Positions 58,965-64,000 of a DNA stretch of 64,000 nt are shown here, one piece after another. The DNA is from Alkalispirochaeta sp. (GTDB lineage: Bacteria > Spirochaetota > Spirochaetia > DSM-27196 > Alkalispirochaetaceae). The notes beneath the pieces were generated by a model that saw nothing but the letters and a program-made list of their open reading frames with translations, did not search any database and was not told where the DNA came from. Location of the stretch: positions 1,280,001-1,344,000 of the forward strand of contig OZ271854.1 of the NCBI GenBank assembly GCA_965601925.1, given 5' to 3'. Position 1 is the first letter of the stretch; the number at the start of each line of letters is the position of its first letter. The translations under genes were made by a program, and so were the position numbers.

Positions 58965-61900
58965 TTAATGTTCCCAGGGTCGGGCACTCCAGTGCCGCCA
59001 CGAACGGAATAGATTGATTTCCCAACCGGTTATGTTACCACCATCATCATACACTGGATCATACCTTGTGCCGGGAAACTGCGATCCATCAAACCACCCT
59101 TCTCCGGTTTGAGGATTAGTGAAACCTGGTCCATGTTCCGGATGATTCCATATTCGTTCATGGTGTGCGTGAGCACCGCTCCCAGTGCCATGCAAACTAG
59201 TTGGAAAAGGTGCAATCTGCTCACCGGCTCCTATGATATCCCCAATGGCATGTCCTACTAAATCATCCGGATTCATATGCAAGATACGATCGGCATAACT
59301 CGTTCCTAAGACACTCAACAGAATCCCGTCCGTTGCATCCGCTCCCGGTATCACTTGTGCATAGCCAGGAGCAAATACTCCGATACCACCGGCCGTATCG
59401 ATTGCCGGATGTGCATAGTCCAGCCGCGCGGGACCTTGGATGTCAATCATCTGGCGCTCTGTGCGGAACCCTTGTGTAATCTCGGCTTCGGGTGTCACCC
59501 CCATGCTCGGCAACAAATACTGCTCGTTGTATGTTCCCATGCGCTGCTGCACGTCGCTCCACACCGCATTCGCCATCTGATAATCGCCATTCACCACCAA
59601 CTCTTCATACGCATTCAAAAGCCCGTCAATGGCGTCCCGTTCCGCTACCTGTTCCGTGATTCTGTCGCTCTCCTGGAATACCAACGACTCCTCAAGGCTT
59701 CGTGGGTTCCCGGCGGACGTCACGTACTCTTGTCCGTTCCACTCCGCGCCGGACGACGTCATCAGCGCATACGCCATGTCGGCGTCCGTCATATTCATGA
59801 CCTCTTCAGCGGGATATCCCGCCGCGACCAGATGGGCCACCGCATTACCCTCACCGACGTACTCCAACAGCGACTCACTGTATCCTAACTGGTGTCCTGT
59901 TTCGTCTACCGCAACATCGATAACGCGCCCAGTATCGGCATCGCGTAATGCTCGCTCTCCATTCCAGGTGATCCTCCCATCACGATGACGCGAAAAGTAG
60001 TCCACCGGTCCTCGATTGGGGAGGTAATTCTCAGGATTCCGTAACGCATCCTCAATCGCTTGTGAGAAATCCGCATCACCCTCCAACCCAAAGACATCCT
60101 TCAAGCGCTCGTATGTCTGCAGTGTTCGATTATACGCACTCGCCTCCGTCGTCTCGCCCAATACCGCACGCTCCACCAGGTGCGTCGCTTCATGCGCCAT
60201 CGCACTTCCCAACATCGCCGAGCTCTCCCGGTCGTTCCCCGTCAATGCTCGCGACAACACGATCGTGTCCGGGTTGTCCGAGTCATACCGTCCGTACTCG
60301 CCCTCCGCCATATCGTCAAACTCACTCTTAATCCGTCGCTCCCACACCGCACCCGCTAATGCCGTGTCGCGTCGGTCCCGGCTGTACGATAACGTGTTCG
60401 CCGCATTCAGGATCGCTCGGTTCTCCACACCCCGTTGCGTCCCCAACGCGCCGCCGACCTTGGCACTCGTCACCCGTACTACATCCGATAATCCTTCCAG
60501 GCTCGTCGCTACCAGGTCCAGTCCGACGTCGTATCCGCCGCTCCCCACGTTGAACAACGCACCGCCTCCGCCGAGGTCCATCTGCAGCACGCCCGCCGAT
60601 AACTCGTTCCCCTTCTCGTCGGTGATCCCCAGCATCCGTCCCATGTTTACCACGTTCAGCGATGCGCTCCCGTCGATCGCGTACTCCGTCGCCGCGCCAA
60701 TCGCACTCGAGGTGATCGTCGCCGCGCTCCGTAATGCATCCAAGTTAAAAGTATTCTCCGCGAGGGCATCGCCGATCCCGTCGCTCGTCAGGAAGTTCCC
60801 CACCATGCCGTTCGCCAACCCTTGCGCCGCGCCGCCGGCGTAGCCCGCTACCGCACTCTCGCCGAAGGTCGATCGGCGGAAGCCCCGTTCGTCAAAGTCC
60901 ATGTCGAAGCTCGCGTCGATCGAGAATGAGTTGATCGCGCTGCTCATCGCCGTCGTCGCTACCGCCTGCGTCGTGCTCACCCCCACGTTCACCGCCGTCT
61001 GCGTGATCGCTCTGCTGCCGTCGACCGCCTTGTCGGCAAGCGTTCCCAACTGGTCAAATCCCTTCGCCATGCCCGCGCTCGCCAGGCTCACCGCCGTGCT
61101 TTTCGCAAAGCTCCCCAACGCGTCGTCCGCGTCCGCGTATCCCGTCGCGATGTCCGTCACTGTAAACGCCGCATTCGTCGCGATCGTTGCCGCCAACGAT
61201 ACGCCCGCTCCCGCTCCCAACGTCGCTACCGAGACCACCACTCCCGTTACCGTCACGATGTTCGGGGCGCCGAACAGTCCGTCCGGACTTCCGTCGTTGT
61301 CTGCGTCGTCGTCCCACAGCCGCATCCGGTGAAACGGTACGTCCATCATCGCAAGGCCCCGTCCCAGCCGCGCTTCGTTCCGATAGAAGTCTTCCATGAT
61401 CCGGCCCATCTCGCCGTAGCCCGCTTCCTGCACCCGCTCCGGGTCGTCGCTCTTCATCACCGGTGCGTAGCCGACGTGGAAGTTGAATAGTCCCTCCGTG
61501 TCGTGGTGCAGGTACTCCTCCTCGCCGCTCTCTTCATTCTCCCGCGTTCGGTCGTAGCCCGCGGCGTGCGTCCAACTCGCCTCGACCGCCGCAAAGCGCT
61601 CTTTGAGCTCGCCGTTCAGCTCCTCGACGCTGGTCGCCGCGGTTCCGTCGTCCTTCTGGTCGTCGCTCCGTCCGAAAATCAGGATCTGATATCGCTCCAT
61701 CTCTTCGTACGCCGCCGCGATCATCGTCTGGATGCCTCGGCTCGACAGGCCGTCCAACGACTCCTCCGAGAGGTCCACTTGGGGTGCAAAGACCGGCGCC
61801 GTAAAGTCATCATACGTTCCCGCCGTCTGCGTCTCCCGTTCGATTCCTCCCATCAGCGTCTCGTCGATAATCACGCGTCGTTGCCACTCCATTCCTTGAC

Positions 61901-64000
61901 GACGGTATCCTCCGCGCTCCATCGTCGTTTGCAGGCTGCCTTCCACTGCGCGGTTCGCGTCGTTTATCCCGTCGGTCACCGCGACGACCCCTTCGCGGAT
62001 CTGTTCCCGCATTTGCAATGCCGTCACGCGCATCGCGCGCCGTTGAATCTCCTCGCCCAACTCGTCCGATAGCGCTCGGGCGCTCCGCGCGCTCTGCGTC
62101 GTCGAGCGTACCCGCGGCAGATACGCCGCCACGATCGGGCTCCCGCCGGCGCGGTCGGCGATCCGGCCCGCCTCGCGCACGATCGTCGAGAGCATCCGTC
62201 CGTCGGTCGCCTCCCGCACCGTGTGTTCCAGATTCCCCACCTCAAGGTCCAGATCCGGGACCGCGATCGCTTCGCTTTCGGCGATCAGCCGTTCGGCGTC
62301 CAGTCCCACTTGTCGCGCCGTCGCCTCGCTTCCGGCGCGTACCGCGTGCTGCGTCGTCCGTTCGATCCATTCCGTACGCGATTGCGTCATCCGGTCGTAG
62401 CGGGCGTTCCACACCGCCACCGCCTCCGCATACGCCTCCTGCGTCTCTTCCTGGAACCGTTTCCGCTGTCCCGCCAACCGGACCGATCCCGCCTGCCACT
62501 CCGTGAGGCCCGTCGCCACGAGGCTGTTCATTCGGACCGTCCAGTCGTCCTCGCGGCGCATCAGCGTCTCGTACTCCATGGTCAGGCGGTGGGATTGCGC
62601 GGTATGGACGCCGCCCAGGCGCATCCCCGCCGCGTCGTGAATGTGCTCGGCGATCAGCTCCAGCTGAAATGCCCGCGCCTCGTCGTTAAAGGTCGCAAGG
62701 GCGCCGGTCGGCGCTCCCGTCGTACCGTGGCGAATCAAGACCGACTCCATCGATCCCTGTCGATACGCCATGTGGTCGGCGATGTCGTAGGCGGGGTCGG
62801 CAAAGCGCGTGCGCGTCACCGTCTCCAGCTCCGCTTCGGTGACCTCCTCGCCCCGCAGATAGCGTCCCAACACCGTCTCGTAGGATAGCTGGTCGTTCTG
62901 TTGCGCCGTCGCAAGCTCCGCGATCCGGTCGGCGACCGCCGTTCCGGCGGTATGGACGTCCGATGCCAACCGCGTTTCGGCGGCGGCAAGGACCGAGAGG
63001 CTCGTCGCGCGCTCCGATGCGCTGCCGCCGCTCACCACCTCGGCGATCATGGCGCTCAGTTCGGCCGAAATCGCACCGGTACCCGACGCGGTCAGGGAGG
63101 TACGCACCTCCGCCGCGGTGGGGCGTTTGCCCGCCAGTACGCGCAGCTCGGCGGCCTTCGTATTCTGATCGTCGAGCGCCGTCGTCACTCCTCCCACGAG
63201 TTCCATCAGCGTCACACGTTGATCGTCCCACGCATAGTCGGGTATCTGGCGCCGCAGGGTCCGTATTCGTTTTCCCTTCCGCCGGCGGACCGTGCGCCAC
63301 CATCTGAGATAGCTGCGCTGCTTACTCTCCGCCTTCGGGTCGACATAGTCGCGCACGACCTTCGAGGCGTCGTCGGCGATAAAGTCGACGCTAAACGCTT
63401 CGTCCACCGGGCCGTCGCCGGCGACCAACATCGTGAAGAACCGATACGCTCCGTGGCTGAGCCCTGCGGAGCGAATCTGGTCGTAGGCCGCGCGCGTCTC
63501 CCGTTCCAGTTTCCACCGTACCGTACCCTCGTATGTCAAAACCCCGGTTTGCCAGTCCACGTACTCGTCCATGTTCAAGGAGATCTTGTCCAACAGGTTG
63601 TTAAAGCTCGCATCGTTGAGAATGGTCGCCTCTACGACGTTGTGGTCTGCGTCGGCGAACGCGTCGGTAAAATGGATTTCGTAGTACAGTGCGAGTCCCA
63701 TGGTCCGCAGCGCGTCGCCGCCGAGTTGGTTCATCGCCAACGCCCACGATGCGAGGTCGGTCGAAAAGGTCTCTTCCCAATCTCCCGAGAAGTAGCTCGC
63801 CGCATGAAAGCGTTCCTGATCCCCCGCAATCCGGCCCGTGCCGACCGCGTCGTAGTCCGGTGCAAAGGTGAAATCGTCGCCACGCGCCAATTGACCGGCC
63901 GTCCGCGCGACCTCCATTTGGCTCGCCGCCAATGCCCCTTCGGCTCCCGAGGTCTTGACCGCCAACGTCTCCCGGACCACCGCCGCCTCTTGGTAGGTCA
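58965..64000 (-). CDS. Large polymorphic toxin (5' part outside window) with alpha module (HEATH) and M23-like tip
   Basis: The frame is open to the window edge (>1670 aa). It has a long helical region, a Gly/Ala hydrophobic segment, AMAHEATH, and a tip with HPAID...LHM...GSGAHAHHE. Its internal segments are duplicated in the downstream cassettes. Confidence 0.85.
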   Translation of the reverse strand, partial: TYQEAAVVRETLAVKTSGAEGALAASQMEVARTAGQLARGDDFTFAPDYDAVGTGRIAGDQERFHAASYFSGDWEETFSTDLASWALAMNQLGGDALRTMGLALYYEIHFTDAFADADHNVVEATILNDASFNNLLDKISLNMDEYVDWQTGVLTYEGTVRWKLERETRAAYDQIRSAGLSHGAYRFFTMLVAGDGPVDEAFSVDFIADDASKVVRDYVDPKAESKQRSYLRWWRTVRRRKGKRIRTLRRQIPDYAWDDQRVTLMELVGGVTTALDDQNTKAAELRVLAGKRPTAAEVRTSLTASGTGAISAELSAMIAEVVSGGSASERATSLSVLAAAETRLASDVHTAGTAVADRIAELATAQQNDQLSYETVLGRYLRGEEVTEAELETVTRTRFADPAYDIADHMAYRQGSMESVLIRHGTTGAPTGALATFNDEARAFQLELIAEHIHDAAGMRLGGVHTAQSHRLTMEYETLMRREDDWTVRMNSLVATGLTEWQAGSVRLAGQRKRFQEETQEAYAEAVAVWNARYDRMTQSRTEWIERTTQHAVRAGSEATARQVGLDAERLIAESEAIAVPDLDLEVGNLEHTVREATDGRMLSTIVREAGRIADRAGGSPIVAAYLPRVRSTTQSARSARALSDELGEEIQRRAMRVTALQMREQIREGVVAVTDGINDANRAVEGSLQTTMERGGYRRQGMEWQRRVIIDETLMGGIERETQTAGTYDDFTAPVFAPQVDLSEESLDGLSSRGIQTMIAAAYEEMERYQILIFGRSDDQKDDGTAATSVEELNGELKERFAAVEASWTHAAGYDRTRENEESGEEEYLHHDTEGLFNFHVGYAPVMKSDDPERVQEAGYGEMGRIMEDFYRNEARLGRGLAMMDVPFHRMRLWDDDADNDGSPDGLFGAPNIVTVTGVVVSVATLGAGAGVSLAATIATNAAFTVTDIATGYADADDALGSFAKSTAVSLASAGMAKGFDQLGTLADKAVDGSRAITQTAVNVGVSTTQAVATTAMSSAINSFSIDASFDMDFDERGFRRSTFGESAVAGYAGGAAQGLANGMVGNFLTSDGIGDALAENTFNLDALRSAATITSSAIGAATEYAIDGSASLNVVNMGRMLGITDEKGNELSAGVLQMDLGGGGALFNVGSGGYDVGLDLVATSLEGLSDVVRVTSAKVGGALGTQRGVENRAILNAANTLSYSRDRRDTALAGAVWERRIKSEFDDMAEGEYGRYDSDNPDTIVLSRALTGNDRESSAMLGSAMAHEATHLVERAVLGETTEASAYNRTLQTYERLKDVFGLEGDADFSQAIEDALRNPENYLPNRGPVDYFSRHRDGRITWNGERALRDADTGRVIDVAVDETGHQLGYSESLLEYVGEGNAVAHLVAAGYPAEEVMNMTDADMAYALMTSSGAEWNGQEYVTSAGNPRSLEESLVFQESDRITEQVAERDAIDGLLNAYEELVVNGDYQMANAVWSDVQQRMGTYNEQYLLPSMGVTPEAEITQGFRTERQMIDIQGPARLDYAHPAIDTAGGIGVFAPGYAQVIPGADATDGILLSVLGTSYADRILHMNPDDLVGHAIGDIIGAGEQIAPFPTSLHGTGSGAHAHHERIWNHPEHGPGFTNPQTGEGWFDGSQFPGTRYDPVYDDGGNITGWEINLFRSWRHWSARPWEH

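Noticed and set aside
52624..61332. Repeated + strand ORFs (MSKLASIENEL..., MSGLSESYRP...)
   Set aside because: They are antisense shadows of the duplicated high-GC toxin sequence.
48000..61900. Duplicated toxin segments as a DGR template/variable repeat pair
   Set aside because: Differences between the copies are mostly synonymous and not adenine-specific, and no RT is present.
1..64000. tRNA, rRNA or CRISPR arrays
   Set aside because: None recognisable by eye. A covariance-model scan would be needed to exclude small RNAs.

Overview
High-GC bacterial DNA. The gene content (many lipoproteins, an MCP, a large polymorphic-toxin-like protein) suggests a free-living spirochaete, but this is inference. 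Bases 1-44 kb are ordinary accessory genes: a rhamnose/rhamnoside and polyol cluster (two GH78 rhamnosidases, rhaA, DeoR, two Zn-dehydrogenases, epimerases, TetR, MFS), an MCP, an Omp85-like protein, a MacAB-like exporter, a GGDEF-EAL protein, a PadR/nitrilase-fold pair, a YeeE-TusA-double-rhodanese sulfur operon, and a sugar ABC transporter with Gfo/Idh/MocA oxidoreductases. Bases 44-64 kb (minus strand) hold a polymorphic toxin locus. A >1670-aa toxin, open past the window end, has an M23-peptidase-like tip and an exported immunity gene. It is followed by an array of 5'-truncated orphan cassettes (M23-like, M23-like, papain/C39-like, an IS3-disrupted hybrid, and a 90-bp stub); every cassette that keeps a tip has its own signal-peptide or lipoprotein immunity gene. 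The main discovery: every cassette start is preceded by a copy of the same non-coding, strongly structured 110-370 bp element. It has a long covarying hairpin and invariant apical motifs, and it joins the toxin sequence at a fixed distance, in a fixed reading frame, at an AY|G junction, although the junction sits at four different places in the toxin. A degenerate half-copy also lies at ~15.95 kb.
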